A stretch of DNA of 64,000 nucleotides, from assembly GCA_964409385.1 (NCBI GenBank), contig CAYPCY010000002.1, forward strand, positions 79,941 to 143,940, in the 5' to 3' direction. Numbering within the stretch: position 1 is the first letter of the stretch; the number at the start of each line of letters is the position of its first letter. Position numbers and translations under genes: made by a program. A model generated the notes under the pieces. The model had not been told where the DNA came from, made no database searches, and saw only the letters and a list, made by a program, of their open reading frames with translations. The DNA comes from an uncultured Methanosarcinales archaeon. Its GTDB lineage: Archaea > Nanobdellota > Nanobdellia > Woesearchaeales > CAYPCY01. Shown here piece after piece: positions 37,373 through 47,377 of this stretch.

Positions 37373-37530
37373 CTGAAGAAACAAAGAAAAAATCTTCAAA
37401 AAAGTGGGAAGCTTACAAGGATGGCAAAAAATTAAAGAGGGAATGCTTAAAGTGTGGCCCTGGAGTTTTTTTAGCTGAACATAACAATCGGTTTGCATGT
37501 GGCAAGTGTGGTTTTATGGAGAAAAAATAA
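37369..37530 (+). CDS. rps27ae: Ribosomal protein S27ae
   Basis: 53 aa. CLKCGPGVFLAEHNNRFACGKCG zinc ribbon. Start overlaps the rps24e stop. Below the ORF-track cut-off. Confidence 0.7.
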   Translation: MTEETKKKSSKKWEAYKDGKKLKRECLKCGPGVFLAEHNNRFACGKCGFMEKK

Positions 37531-37567
37531 GAAAGTATTAAATAATTAATTTCTCTTTTCTTTGATT

Positions 37568-38713
37568 ATGGATTTTAAAGACGATATTAATTCTGCCTGT
37601 AAGGCTTTAAAGATTAATGCAGTTTGTATAATTGGTGGTTCTTTTGCTAAAGGAACTAATTTAGATGATGATTTTGATATTGATTTCTTCCTAAAATTTT
37701 CTAAAAAATACAAGAATGAAGAAATTTCAAACTTGACAGAGAAAGTTCTAAAAAAATCTAAAATAAAATACTTAAGAATTCATGGTAGTAGAGATTATTT
37801 TCATTTTGAAAGAGAGACTAAGCATTATGAGGTAGTTCCAGTTTTTAATATTAAGAAACCTTCTGAAGCAATTAATATTACTGATGTTTCTCCATTACAT
37901 GTTGATTATGTTAAGAAAAAACTAAAAAAACCAGGTGATGTAAAACTTGTCAAGAGATTCTGCAAGGCTGGAAGAGTTTATGGAGCTGAATCTTATATTA
38001 ATGGATTTTCAGGTCATGTTATTGAATTATTAATAATTCATTATGGAAGTTTTAAGAATTTATTAAAGAAAGCTACTTCTTGGAATCCTAAAGTTATTAT
38101 TGATATTGAAAAAAAGGTTAAAAATCCATTAGTAAACTTGAATTCATCTAAAACAATAGGTCCTTTAATACTTCTTGATCCAGTTCAACCTGCAAGGAAT
38201 GCTGCTGCTTCATTGTCTTTGGAAAAATTCAATAAATTTAAGGATTTGGCTAATAATTATTTAAAGAAACCTTCTAACTCTTTTTTTAAGAAGAAAAAAT
38301 TAGATTTTTCTAAATTTAAGAAAAATAATCCTGCTTTGAAAATAGTTTTAAAACCTGTTGATTCTAGTAAGGACATTTCCGGAACTAAAGCATTCAAAGC
38401 ACTAAAATTTTTATTAAGATGTTTAGAAGAGAATAATTTTAAGATTAATTATGATTGGGAGTTTGATAAGAAGTTCATTATTTTTATTTCTGGAAAGTTA
38501 AAGTCTGATACTGTTATTGTTATTGGTCCACCCTTAAATAAAAAGGAGGATTGTAATAAATTTTTGAAGAAGAGAAAAAACACTTATAAAAAAAGTGGTA
38601 GGTTATTTTCTAAGGAGAAAGTCAAATTTAAAACTTTGAAATCTTGCTTAAATTTTTATTTGAAAGATTCTTATGTAACTTCTAGGATTAAGAGGGTTGA
38701 GAGTGTTATCTAG
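37568..38713 (+). CDS. cca: CCA-adding enzyme (class I archaeal nucleotidyltransferase)
   Basis: GGSFAKGTNLDDDFDIDFF resembles the archaeal Cca GSxARGTxL..SDIDxF Pol-beta NTase signature. At 382 aa it is on the short side. Confidence 0.55.
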   Translation: MDFKDDINSACKALKINAVCIIGGSFAKGTNLDDDFDIDFFLKFSKKYKNEEISNLTEKVLKKSKIKYLRIHGSRDYFHFERETKHYEVVPVFNIKKPSEAINITDVSPLHVDYVKKKLKKPGDVKLVKRFCKAGRVYGAESYINGFSGHVIELLIIHYGSFKNLLKKATSWNPKVIIDIEKKVKNPLVNLNSSKTIGPLILLDPVQPARNAAASLSLEKFNKFKDLANNYLKKPSNSFFKKKKLDFSKFKKNNPALKIVLKPVDSSKDISGTKAFKALKFLLRCLEENNFKINYDWEFDKKFIIFISGKLKSDTVIVIGPPLNKKEDCNKFLKKRKNTYKKSGRLFSKEKVKFKTLKSCLNFYLKDSYVTSRIKRVESVI

Positions 38714-39287
38714 TTTTTATTTTTCATTAAAATCTTGGACTTTGGAAACTTTTGCACCTTATGGATTTTCAGGCTTGTTTTTACTTGCTTTTATAGAATC
38801 TTCCTTCTTTCCAATACCTCCTGATATTTTATTAATAATATTAGCACTTGCATCTCCAGAACAGGCTTATTTTTTGGCATTAATTGCTACTATCGGTTCT
38901 GTTTTAGGAGGTATTCTAGGTTATTATATTGGTTTTGCTGGTGAGAAATTAATTCTTGAAAAGATTTTTGCAAAGAACAAATTAAGAAAAATGCATAATT
39001 TATTTAACAAATATGAAACGATGGCCGTTTTTATTGGGGGGTTTACTCCATTACCTTACAAACTCTTCACTATCGCAGCCGGAGTTTTCTATCTTGATTT
39101 CAAAAAATTTGTTATTGCTTCAATATTGAGTAGGGGATTGCGTTTTTTCCTTGTTGCATCCTTAATTAGTTTTTTCCATGAGGGTATTGAAACTTTCATT
39201 CTGGAGTATGTTAATGTTCTAAGTATTGTCTTTGGAGTTTTAATTATTGGATATTTTGTTTTTAAGTTTTGGAGGAAGAAGAAATGA
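38697..39287 (+). CDS. DedA/YqaA-family membrane protein
   Basis: Conserved DedA-like segment (LLAFIESSFFPIPPD ... GYYIGFAGEK). Confidence 0.6.
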   Translation: MRVLSSFYFSLKSWTLETFAPYGFSGLFLLAFIESSFFPIPPDILLIILALASPEQAYFLALIATIGSVLGGILGYYIGFAGEKLILEKIFAKNKLRKMHNLFNKYETMAVFIGGFTPLPYKLFTIAAGVFYLDFKKFVIASILSRGLRFFLVASLISFFHEGIETFILEYVNVLSIVFGVLIIGYFVFKFWRKKK

Positions 39288-39790
39288 TTAATATTATTTT
39301 ATTACTTTTAGTTAGTTTCTTCTTGGATTCTATCTTTTTAGATATTTTTACTAACCTTCAATTTTTAGGATTAACTGGATTTTTTGAAATCTTTTCAATT
39401 TTTAATATTTTAATAGTGTTATTTATATTTACAGGTCTTGTTTTTTATGTTGTAAAGCCTAGTTTTAAAAGTTTAAAATCATTATATACTGGTTTATTAC
39501 TTACTTTTTTAGTGGTTGGTTTTCTGAAGATGATTATTGCAAGGCCTCGTCCTTTTGAAGGGTTTGAATCTGCCTTTTACAGTTTTCCTTCAGGTCATGC
39601 TGCCATTGCTTTTTCTAGTATTCCAGCATTTAAGAATTTTCCAAAGCCACTATTTTATTCTTTGATTGCATTCGCTGTTTTTGTTGCAGTCAGTAGGTTA
39701 TATTTGCAAGTTCATTACTTTAGTGATGTTGTTTTTGGAAGTGTTATTGGTTATTTTCTTGGAAGACTAGGAGGCTTGCTAAATGAATGA
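39269..39790 (+). CDS. PAP2-family lipid phosphatase
   Basis: KxxxxxxRP (KMIIARPRP), PSGH (SFPSGHA), SRxxxxxHxxxD (SRLYLQVHYFSD). Confidence 0.75.
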   Translation: MEEEEMINIILLLLVSFFLDSIFLDIFTNLQFLGLTGFFEIFSIFNILIVLFIFTGLVFYVVKPSFKSLKSLYTGLLLTFLVVGFLKMIIARPRPFEGFESAFYSFPSGHAAIAFSSIPAFKNFPKPLFYSLIAFAVFVAVSRLYLQVHYFSDVVFGSVIGYFLGRLGGLLNE

Positions 39791-40337
39791 ACTTTTTAGA
39801 CAATTATTTCATATTCTTTTAGGACTTTCAATAATAATTTCAGTAATTTTAGGTTTTGGTATTCCTTTCATTGTTTGTTTACTTATTCTTGGATTAATTA
39901 TTTTGTTATTAGTTAGGTTTAACTATTTTGGATCAATTACTGAAGTCGTTTCTGACATGACTAGGGATCATGAGAATATTCCTGGACTTGGAGGGTTTAC
40001 TTTAGTTCTTGGTTGTTTGATTCCATTATTGTTTTTTGATTATAGGATTGCATTGGTCGGGATTTCTGTATTAACTTTTGGGGATGCTGCAAGTACTGTG
40101 TTTTCTAGATTTGTTAAGACTAAAAAACTACCTTATTCTAGTAAGACTTATGGTGGTACTATTGCTGGTTTTACATTTGGTTTCTTAGGAGCATTACCTT
40201 TTATTAATTTACTAGGTGCTTTTCTTGCTGGTTTTGTAGGCAGTATTACAGAATCTTTTGATGAGTTTTTCGATGATAATTTAATAATTCCAGTTATCGT
40301 CTCATTATTTGTTTATTTCATTAGTCCTACCTTATAG
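39783..40337 (+). CDS. Cytidylyltransferase-superfamily membrane protein (CDP-archaeol synthase CarS / dolichol-kinase-like)
   Basis: C-terminal FGDAAST...KTYGGTIAGFTFGFLG resembles the CTP-transferase/dolichol kinase/CarS motif. About 5 TM helices. Confidence 0.45.
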   Translation: MNELFRQLFHILLGLSIIISVILGFGIPFIVCLLILGLIILLLVRFNYFGSITEVVSDMTRDHENIPGLGGFTLVLGCLIPLLFFDYRIALVGISVLTFGDAASTVFSRFVKTKKLPYSSKTYGGTIAGFTFGFLGALPFINLLGAFLAGFVGSITESFDEFFDDNLIIPVIVSLFVYFISPTL

Positions 40338-40509
40338 AAAATATTAAATAGTTAAACCTTCCAGAATTGATTATGAGCAAACAGATCACAATCAAAACTG
40401 ATTGGATGAAGCATTTGATTGATGATGAACATCAAAGAAAGATTTTTTCATTAACTTTAATTGGTCTGGGAGTTTTATTATTGGTTATTGGAGTGTTAAT
40501 GTTATAAAA

Positions 40510-40701
40510 ATGGGACAGCAAGAAATTTATGATTTTTTAAAGGCTAATAAGGGCCAATGGTTTACTAGTAAGGAAATTTCTGAAAAATTAGGTGTTTCTA
40601 TAGGTTCTGTTACTATGTCTTTGAAAAAGCTTAGAAAGACTAACATGATTAAGTATAAGAATACTGGCAAGCGTGGAACATATAATTATTCTGTTTCTTA
40701 A
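40510..40701 (+). CDS. Small winged-helix DNA-binding protein
   Basis: 63 aa; FTSKEISEKLGVSIGSVTMSLKKL is an HTH recognition-helix pattern. Confidence 0.5.
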   Translation: MGQQEIYDFLKANKGQWFTSKEISEKLGVSIGSVTMSLKKLRKTNMIKYKNTGKRGTYNYSVS

Positions 40702-40710
40702 CTTACTAAA

Positions 40711-40753
40711 TTCAAAATGAATTTTGAAGTTCAAAACATTCCATGTTTTGTAA
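40711..40753 (+). terminator. Two tandem palindromes (ttcaaaat-ga-attttgaa and caaaacat-tcc-atgttttg) followed by a T-run after the wHTH gene
   Basis: Perfect 8-bp inverted repeats directly after the stop codon at 40701, then tttttt. Confidence 0.4.
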
Positions 40754-40802
40754 CTTTTTTCTTAGAAAACTTTAATAAGTTAAACTTTCCTTTCCTTCAA
40801 CA

Positions 40803-42719
40803 ATGATTATTACTTTTCCGGATAGATCAAAGAAGAAGTTTAAGAAAGGAATTACTTCTTTGGAAGTTGCAGAGAGTATTGGCTCTAGACTAGCTAATGA
40901 TGCTATTGCTGCAAAAGTAGATGGTGTATTGGTTGATTTGTCCAAGAAGATCAGTAAGGATTCTAAACTAGAGATATTAACTGGTTCTTCTCCTGAGGGT
41001 GTTGATGTGTTGAGACATTCTTGTGCTCATTTATTATCTCATGCTGTTAAGAGATTATTTCCTAAAGCATTACCTACTATTGGGCCTGTTATTGAGAATG
41101 GTTTTTATTATGATTTTGACTCTTCCCCTTTTTCAGACGAGGATTTAGAAAAGATTGGGTCAGAAATGAAAAAAATTGTTAAGGAGAAAATTCTTGTTGA
41201 AAGGTTTGAACTTTCTAAGAAGGATGCTTTGAAAATGTTTAGTAAGAATAAGTACAAGAAAGAATTAATTAATGAGTCTAAAGGTAAACTTTCTTATTAT
41301 AAACAAGCGGATTTTAAGGATTTGTGTACTGGTCCTCATGTTATTAATACATCTCGGCTTAAAGCGTTTAAGATTACTAAGAGTTCTGGTAGTTATTGGA
41401 GGGGGGATTCTAAGAATAAACAATTACAAAGAATTTATGGTGTTTGTTTTTCTGATAAGAAAACTTTAAACTTGCATTTGCAGATGATGGAAGAGGCTTT
41501 GAAAAGGGATCATAAGTTGCTTGCTGAAGGAAAACTCTATATGATTTCTGATCTTGTCGGTAAGGGTCTTCCTATTTGGCTTCCTAAGGGAGAAATTGTT
41601 AAGAAGGAAATTGAAAATTATGCTGTTGAGATTGAGGATGAGGCTGGTTTTGAAAGAGTTTCAACCCCTCATATTGCCAAGGAAGAATTATTCCTGGCTT
41701 CTGGACATTTACCTCATTATGAGGATGATATGTTTCCTAAAATGAAGATGGATGATGGAACTTATTATTTGAAGGCTATGAATTGTCCTTTACATCATAT
41801 TATTTTTGGTCATGGAGTTAGGAGTTATAGAGAATTGCCTTTAAGACTTGCAGAGTATGGTACTGTTTATAGGAATGAAATGTCCGGTGTTCTTTCTGGA
41901 CTTTTAAGGGTTCGTATGCTTTCTATGAACGATGCTCATATTTATTGCAGTAAGGAACAAATAGGTCCTGAAATTAAGAATGTTATTTCTATGATTAATG
42001 ATTATTACAAAACTTTTGGTTTTAAGAATTATTATTTTAGGCTTTCGTTATGGGATCCTAAGAATAAGGAGAAGTATATTAGTGAACCTGCTAATTGGAA
42101 GTATTCAGAGGCGCAGTTGAGGAAGGTTTTAAAAGAGTTAAAAGTAGATTTTATTGAGGTTGAGGATGAAGCTGCATTTTATGGTCCTAAGATTGATATT
42201 CAGTTTAAGACGGTTACTGGTAGGGAAGAAACTTTATCTACTATTCAATTAGATTTTGCTGCTAAGAAAAGGTTTGGTTTAAAATATATTGATAAGAAGG
42301 GTAAGGTAAATAATGATGTTTTTGTTATTCATCGTGCTCCTCTTTCTGTTCATGAGAGGTTTATTGCTTTTTTGATAGAGCATTATGGAGGTAATTTTCC
42401 TTTATGGCTTTCTCCTGTTCAGGTTAGAATTTTACCTATTAGTGACAAGTTTAATTCTTATGCTAATTCTTTGAAGAAAGAGCTTCCTTTCAGGGTGGAG
42501 GTTGATTCTAGGGCTGAATCGATTAATAAAAAGGTTAGAAATGCTCAGTTGGAGAAGATTCCAGTCATGGTTATTATTGGTGGGAAGGAAATGGTGGGTA
42601 AGACTGTTTCTGTTAGGACTTTGGATGGTAATGTTAAATTTGGTATTAAAAAATCTGTTTTTATTAAGAAAATTACTGAGTTTATAAGTTCTAGATCTAG
42701 ACAGGTTAGTTTCAAATGA
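40803..42719 (+). CDS. thrS: Threonyl-tRNA synthetase
   Basis: TGS N-domain, class II aaRS motifs, zinc-binding residues, C-terminal anticodon-binding domain. Confidence 0.9.
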   Translation: MIITFPDRSKKKFKKGITSLEVAESIGSRLANDAIAAKVDGVLVDLSKKISKDSKLEILTGSSPEGVDVLRHSCAHLLSHAVKRLFPKALPTIGPVIENGFYYDFDSSPFSDEDLEKIGSEMKKIVKEKILVERFELSKKDALKMFSKNKYKKELINESKGKLSYYKQADFKDLCTGPHVINTSRLKAFKITKSSGSYWRGDSKNKQLQRIYGVCFSDKKTLNLHLQMMEEALKRDHKLLAEGKLYMISDLVGKGLPIWLPKGEIVKKEIENYAVEIEDEAGFERVSTPHIAKEELFLASGHLPHYEDDMFPKMKMDDGTYYLKAMNCPLHHIIFGHGVRSYRELPLRLAEYGTVYRNEMSGVLSGLLRVRMLSMNDAHIYCSKEQIGPEIKNVISMINDYYKTFGFKNYYFRLSLWDPKNKEKYISEPANWKYSEAQLRKVLKELKVDFIEVEDEAAFYGPKIDIQFKTVTGREETLSTIQLDFAAKKRFGLKYIDKKGKVNNDVFVIHRAPLSVHERFIAFLIEHYGGNFPLWLSPVQVRILPISDKFNSYANSLKKELPFRVEVDSRAESINKKVRNAQLEKIPVMVIIGGKEMVGKTVSVRTLDGNVKFGIKKSVFIKKITEFISSRSRQVSFK

Positions 42720-44341
42720 GGTTCTTAATTATTTTGCTATTGTTACTGCCTTCTGTCTTAGCCGTGGAATCTCATATGACTTTACTTACTATTTCTGAAT
42801 CTGGAGAGTTTGGTGGGACTGCGGATTTGTATTTGAGGATTGAGGCTGGTAACGGTCAGGTTTTTATTGATACTATGCCTTTGACGAAGATGGATACTCA
42901 AATTACTATGAGGTTTGCTAAGGAGTTTGCTTGTTCTTTTACTAATACTGATTGTTCTAGGCTTGATTTTTTTTATACTATTAGGGCGTCTGCTTCTATA
43001 GTTGGTGGTCCTAGTGCTGGTGCTCCTGCTACTTTACTTACTATTTCTGCTTTGGATGGTGTTTCTTTAGATTCTTCTGCTGTTGTCACAGGCACTATTA
43101 ATTCTGGGGGTATTATAGGTCCTGTTGGGGGTATTAATGAGAAGATTATTGCTGCTAGACATGAGGGATTTGCTAAGGTTTTAATTCCTAAATGGGCTTT
43201 TGCTAATGATACTAACCTTTCAATTTTCACTTCTGGTATTGAGGTTGTTAAGGTTGTTACTGTTGATGAGGCTTTAACTATTCTTACGGGAGTGGATTAT
43301 TTGTATGATAATGGTGAGATTATTGTTGATGAAGAATATACTGAAAAAATGATTGAAACATCTAATGAAATGTGTAATAGAACTTTTAAATTAATTAATG
43401 AAACTGGTATTGTTCCCGCATCTTATAATTTGAGTTTGATTTCTTTGGAGGATGAGAATTATTATTCTGCTGCTAGTTTTTGTTTTTCTTCTAATATTCA
43501 GTTGAGAAAGAGTATTTTGGAGAATTCTAGTATTGATTTTATTGTTCTTGGGTTGGAGAGGTTGGGGGAGCAGATTGTTTCGTTTAATGAGTTTCTTGAT
43601 AATAAGGAGTTAAGGACTATTACTGACTTTCAAACTTTTATTATTGTTAAGGAGCGTTTGTTAGAGTCTGAGCGTCTTTTGGATTCTTTTTGGAATTTGA
43701 GTCTTAATGATTCTTCAATTTATTATACTGCAGCCTTGGCTTCTGAGAGATTTTATAGTGCTGTTGTCTGGAGTGGTTTTTTTGATTTGAGTGGTGAAGT
43801 TTATGATTTGGATTCTTCTCATTTGAGAGAGACTTGTTTTAGGAAGTTGGAGGAGGCAGATCAAACTATTAGTTATGTTAAGTATTACCTACCTAGTTTT
43901 ACTAGGGAGAGTAAGAAGACTTTAGATAAGGCTAGGGATAAAAGACTTTTGGGAGAGTATGAACTTTGTATTTTTGAGGCTTCCAAGGCAAAGGCGGAGG
44001 CGGGAATTATTGCTACGGCTTTGGGTATTAGTAGTGATTCTATTGATGATCTTGTTAATGAAAAGTTGAAGATTGCTTCACGAGCTATTTCTAGAGAGCA
44101 GGATTCTGGAATTTTCCCTATTCTTGCTTATTCTTATTATGAGTATGCTAGTTCGTTGAGAGAGTCTGATCCTTATTCTGCTTTACTTTATGCCGAGTAT
44201 GCTTTGGAGTTGTCTAATGTTAGGATGTATTTTGAGAAGGAAAGTTTTGATTTTAGGGTTCCTAAGTTGGATATTCTTTTTGCTTTGATTATAGGAATAT
44301 TTATAGGTTCTTTCATTACTTACTTTAATGTTCGAAAATGA
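42716..44341 (+). CDS. Secreted, C-terminally membrane-anchored Lon-like S16 serine protease without an ATPase domain (COG1750-type)
   Basis: Signal peptide. Lon proteolytic-domain catalytic Ser motif GGPSAG and downstream Lys (INEKIIAARHEG). About 300 aa of unknown C-terminal domain plus a final TM helix. Confidence 0.65.
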   Translation: MRFLIILLLLLPSVLAVESHMTLLTISESGEFGGTADLYLRIEAGNGQVFIDTMPLTKMDTQITMRFAKEFACSFTNTDCSRLDFFYTIRASASIVGGPSAGAPATLLTISALDGVSLDSSAVVTGTINSGGIIGPVGGINEKIIAARHEGFAKVLIPKWAFANDTNLSIFTSGIEVVKVVTVDEALTILTGVDYLYDNGEIIVDEEYTEKMIETSNEMCNRTFKLINETGIVPASYNLSLISLEDENYYSAASFCFSSNIQLRKSILENSSIDFIVLGLERLGEQIVSFNEFLDNKELRTITDFQTFIIVKERLLESERLLDSFWNLSLNDSSIYYTAALASERFYSAVVWSGFFDLSGEVYDLDSSHLRETCFRKLEEADQTISYVKYYLPSFTRESKKTLDKARDKRLLGEYELCIFEASKAKAEAGIIATALGISSDSIDDLVNEKLKIASRAISREQDSGIFPILAYSYYEYASSLRESDPYSALLYAEYALELSNVRMYFEKESFDFRVPKLDILFALIIGIFIGSFITYFNVRK

Positions 44342-45564
44342 AATTATTTAAGGCTTATGATGTTAGGGGTGTTTATCCTAGTGAGATTAATAAGGAGTTT
44401 GTTTATAATTTTGCATTGGCTTTTTGTGAGTGTTTCAGGCTAAAAAATGTTGTTATTGGTTATGATGCTAGGAGTTCTTCGAAGGAGTTGTTGAAGGCTT
44501 TGATTATGGGATTGTCTGTTGGGGGTGTTAAGATTACTAATGCAGGTCTTGTTTCTACGCCTATGTTGAATTTTATTAGTTCTGGTTTTGATTATGGTCT
44601 TATGATTACTGCTTCTCATGATCCTAAGGAGTATAATGGGATTAAGGTTTGTAAGAAGTCTGTTCCTTTAGGTTATGATGAGTTGGTGGGTGTTGAGAAG
44701 CGGATTAAGTCATTTCCAATTATTGATTCTAAGGTTGATATTGTTAAGAAGGATTTTGTTGATGAGTATGTTAAGGAGTTTACTCCTTTTATGGGTGGTG
44801 GTTTATTGATTGATTGTAGTCATGGTTCTACTGGTGAGGTGGTTGGGAGGTTGTTTCCTAATGCTACTGTGTTGAATTCTATTCCTGATGGTAGTTTTCC
44901 TGTGCATGGTCCTAATCCTTCTGATAAGAATTCTCAAGAGTATTTTATGAAGGAGTTTGTTAAGGGCGGGTTTGATTTTGGGTTTATGCTTGATGGTGAT
45001 GGGGATAGGGTATTATTCTTTAATTCTGATGGTGTTATTTCTTCGTCTAAGGTTGCTTGTGTTTTTATTGAAAAGTTTAAGTTTAATGTGGTTAAGGATG
45101 TTACTTGTAGTATGATTATTGATGATGTTGCTTCTGTTAAGGGGGTGGAGGTGTTTTCTTCTAAGGTTGGCAGGGTTAATATTCCTTTTATGATGAGGAG
45201 GGTGGGGGCTGATTTTGGTGTTGAGAATTCTGCCCATTTTTATTTTAAGGATTTTAATTATTTGGATTCGGGTGTTTATACTGCCTTGAAATTATTGTCC
45301 CTTGATAAGGTGGATTTTAGTAAGTATGATAAGTATTTTGAGGATTTGATTAATATTGAGTCTTCTGACCAGGATGGTACTATTAAGAAATTGATTTCTA
45401 AGCTTCCTAAGCCTTTGAAGACTGAGAGTATTGATGGTAAGAGTTTTTATTTTAAGGATTTCTGGATTAATATTAGGAAGAGTAATACTGAACCTGTGGT
45501 TAGGGTTAAGATTGAGGCTGTTTCTGAGAATATTCTTGAACATACTATAAACTTATTGAATTAA
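44338..45564 (+). CDS. Phosphohexomutase (phosphoglucosamine/phosphomannomutase family)
   Basis: Active-site ITASHDP (Ser-His-[N/D]-P) and metal-binding LDGDGDR. Confidence 0.8.
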   Translation: MKLFKAYDVRGVYPSEINKEFVYNFALAFCECFRLKNVVIGYDARSSSKELLKALIMGLSVGGVKITNAGLVSTPMLNFISSGFDYGLMITASHDPKEYNGIKVCKKSVPLGYDELVGVEKRIKSFPIIDSKVDIVKKDFVDEYVKEFTPFMGGGLLIDCSHGSTGEVVGRLFPNATVLNSIPDGSFPVHGPNPSDKNSQEYFMKEFVKGGFDFGFMLDGDGDRVLFFNSDGVISSSKVACVFIEKFKFNVVKDVTCSMIIDDVASVKGVEVFSSKVGRVNIPFMMRRVGADFGVENSAHFYFKDFNYLDSGVYTALKLLSLDKVDFSKYDKYFEDLINIESSDQDGTIKKLISKLPKPLKTESIDGKSFYFKDFWINIRKSNTEPVVRVKIEAVSENILEHTINLLN

Positions 45565-45581
45565 AATAATTCAGAAGTTCA

Positions 45582-45598
45582 AAATTTCTTTGAAATTT
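45582..45598 (+). promoter_or_regulatory. Intergenic palindrome aaatttc-ttt-gaaattt (TCAAA-hairpin family) before pop5
   Basis: Same architecture as the 26374-26390 element, with compensatory c/t and g/a changes that preserve pairing. Preceded by GTTCAAAA and followed by ttttataaatt. Confidence 0.4.
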
Positions 45599-45653
45599 AG
45601 AAACTTTTATAAATTAAACTTCTATCCTTTGTCGTTGAGAGAGACGTAAAAGT

Positions 45654-45959
45654 ATGAAATTAACTTCTTCGTTAAGGGAAAAGAAAAGATATGTCAAATT
45701 TTCTGTTGATGGAAATTTTTCAAGTTCACAAGTTAAAGCAGCTATTGAAGGTTCTTTTAAAGACTTACATGGTAGTTTTGGATTAGCTGAGGCTGGATTA
45801 CAGTTTGTTAAGATTAATAAGGAGACTGGTGTTGTTAGGGTTAATAATAAGACTGTTGATAAGTTAAAGAGTGCTTTTACGTTCATTGATAAAATTAATG
45901 AAAAACCAGCTAGAATTTCTAGTTTAAAAACGAGTGGAATACTCAAGAGGGTGATATAA
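45654..45959 (+). CDS. pop5: RNase P protein subunit Pop5/Rpp14
   Basis: N-terminal LREKKRYVKFSV pattern; conserved position ahead of psmA. Confidence 0.7.
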   Translation: MKLTSSLREKKRYVKFSVDGNFSSSQVKAAIEGSFKDLHGSFGLAEAGLQFVKINKETGVVRVNNKTVDKLKSAFTFIDKINEKPARISSLKTSGILKRVI

Positions 45960-46673
45960 ATGCAAGCAATGCCTCATCAATTAATGGGTTATGATAGAGC
46001 AATTACAATGTTTTCTCCTGATGGGAGATTGTTACAGGTTGAATATGCTAAGAAGACTGTTAAGCAGGGTAGTACTGCTATTGGAATGGTTTGTAAGGAT
46101 GGTGTTATTTTAGTTACTGATAAGAGACTGGTTGATAAACTGGTTGTTCCTGAGGGTATTGAGAAGATTTGGCAGATTGACGAGCATATTGGTGCTACTG
46201 CGTCTGGTATTATTAGTGACGCGCATGTTTTGATTGAGAAGTCTAGAGGGACTGCTCAGCAGCATCAGGTAACTTATGATTCTCCTGCTGATATTCTTAC
46301 GATTGTTAAGGATGTTTCTAGTCTTAAACAAATTTGTACTCAGTCTGGTGGTCTTAGGCCTTTTGGTGTTTCTTTACTGATTGCGGGTGTTGATAATGGT
46401 GATTGTAAACTTTATGAGACTGATCCTACTGGTATTTATTTCCAGTATAAAGCTACTGTTATTGGTGAGGGGGAGAACGATATTGAGAAAATTCTTCATA
46501 AGGAGTATAGTGACAATTTAAGTATGGAGGCGGGTTTGAAACTTTGTCTTTCTGCTATGAAGAAAGTTTTGGATGATACTTTTAATGCGGATAGGGTTGA
46601 TGCGGCGTTTATTTCATTAAAGGATAAGAAGTTTAAGAAATTCTCTTTAGAGAGTATTAAGAAAGCATTATGA
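45960..46673 (+). CDS. psmA: Proteasome alpha subunit
   Basis: GYDRAITMFSPDGRLLQVEYA N-terminal signature. Confidence 0.9.
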   Translation: MQAMPHQLMGYDRAITMFSPDGRLLQVEYAKKTVKQGSTAIGMVCKDGVILVTDKRLVDKLVVPEGIEKIWQIDEHIGATASGIISDAHVLIEKSRGTAQQHQVTYDSPADILTIVKDVSSLKQICTQSGGLRPFGVSLLIAGVDNGDCKLYETDPTGIYFQYKATVIGEGENDIEKILHKEYSDNLSMEAGLKLCLSAMKKVLDDTFNADRVDAAFISLKDKKFKKFSLESIKKAL

Positions 46674-47377
46674 GACAAACATTTGATAAGGAAAAAGTAA
46701 GTTTTAACTTTGCAAGGTTAAATAAGGAAGGCAAGATTTTTGAAGTGGTTGTTGATCCTGACCTTGCTATTAAGTTTAGGAGGGAGAAACCTGGTGATAT
46801 TTCTGAAGCTCTTCATAGTCAGGATATTTTTAAGGATGCGAATAGGGGCGAGTTGGCTAATGAGCATGAGTTGAATGATTATTTTAAGACTGATAATAAG
46901 TTGGAGATTTGTAAGAGAATCTTGTTTGAGGGTGAAATTCAACTTTCTCAGGAGTATAGGGAGAAGCTTCGTGAGGAGAAAAGGAATAGGATTATTGAGT
47001 TAATCCATCAGACTGCTTTTGATCCTAGGACTAATACGGTTCATCCTAGGCAAAGGATTGAAAATGCTTTTGGTGAGGCTAAGATTCGTGTGGATGAGCA
47101 TTTGTCTGCTAAGAATCAGCTTCCTGATATTATAAAAAAATTAAGGCCGATATTGCCTATTAGTTTCGAACAAAAAATTGTTGAACTAATAATTCCAGCT
47201 GATAATGCTGGTAAGTGTTATTCTCAAATCAAGCAAAATTATGATCCTGATTCTGAAGAGTGGCTTTCGGATGGTTCTTTGAAAATGACCATTAAGTCTC
47301 CTTTGGGTTTGGTGAATGATTTGTTGGATCTTGTGAATTCTATAACTCATGGTAGTGCGGATATTAAAGTAAAATAG
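46670..47377 (+). CDS. sdo1: Ribosome maturation protein SBDS/Sdo1
   Basis: SBDS family N-terminal FYSH-domain pattern; canonical position in the superoperon. Confidence 0.8.
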   Translation: MRQTFDKEKVSFNFARLNKEGKIFEVVVDPDLAIKFRREKPGDISEALHSQDIFKDANRGELANEHELNDYFKTDNKLEICKRILFEGEIQLSQEYREKLREEKRNRIIELIHQTAFDPRTNTVHPRQRIENAFGEAKIRVDEHLSAKNQLPDIIKKLRPILPISFEQKIVELIIPADNAGKCYSQIKQNYDPDSEEWLSDGSLKMTIKSPLGLVNDLLDLVNSITHGSADIKVK

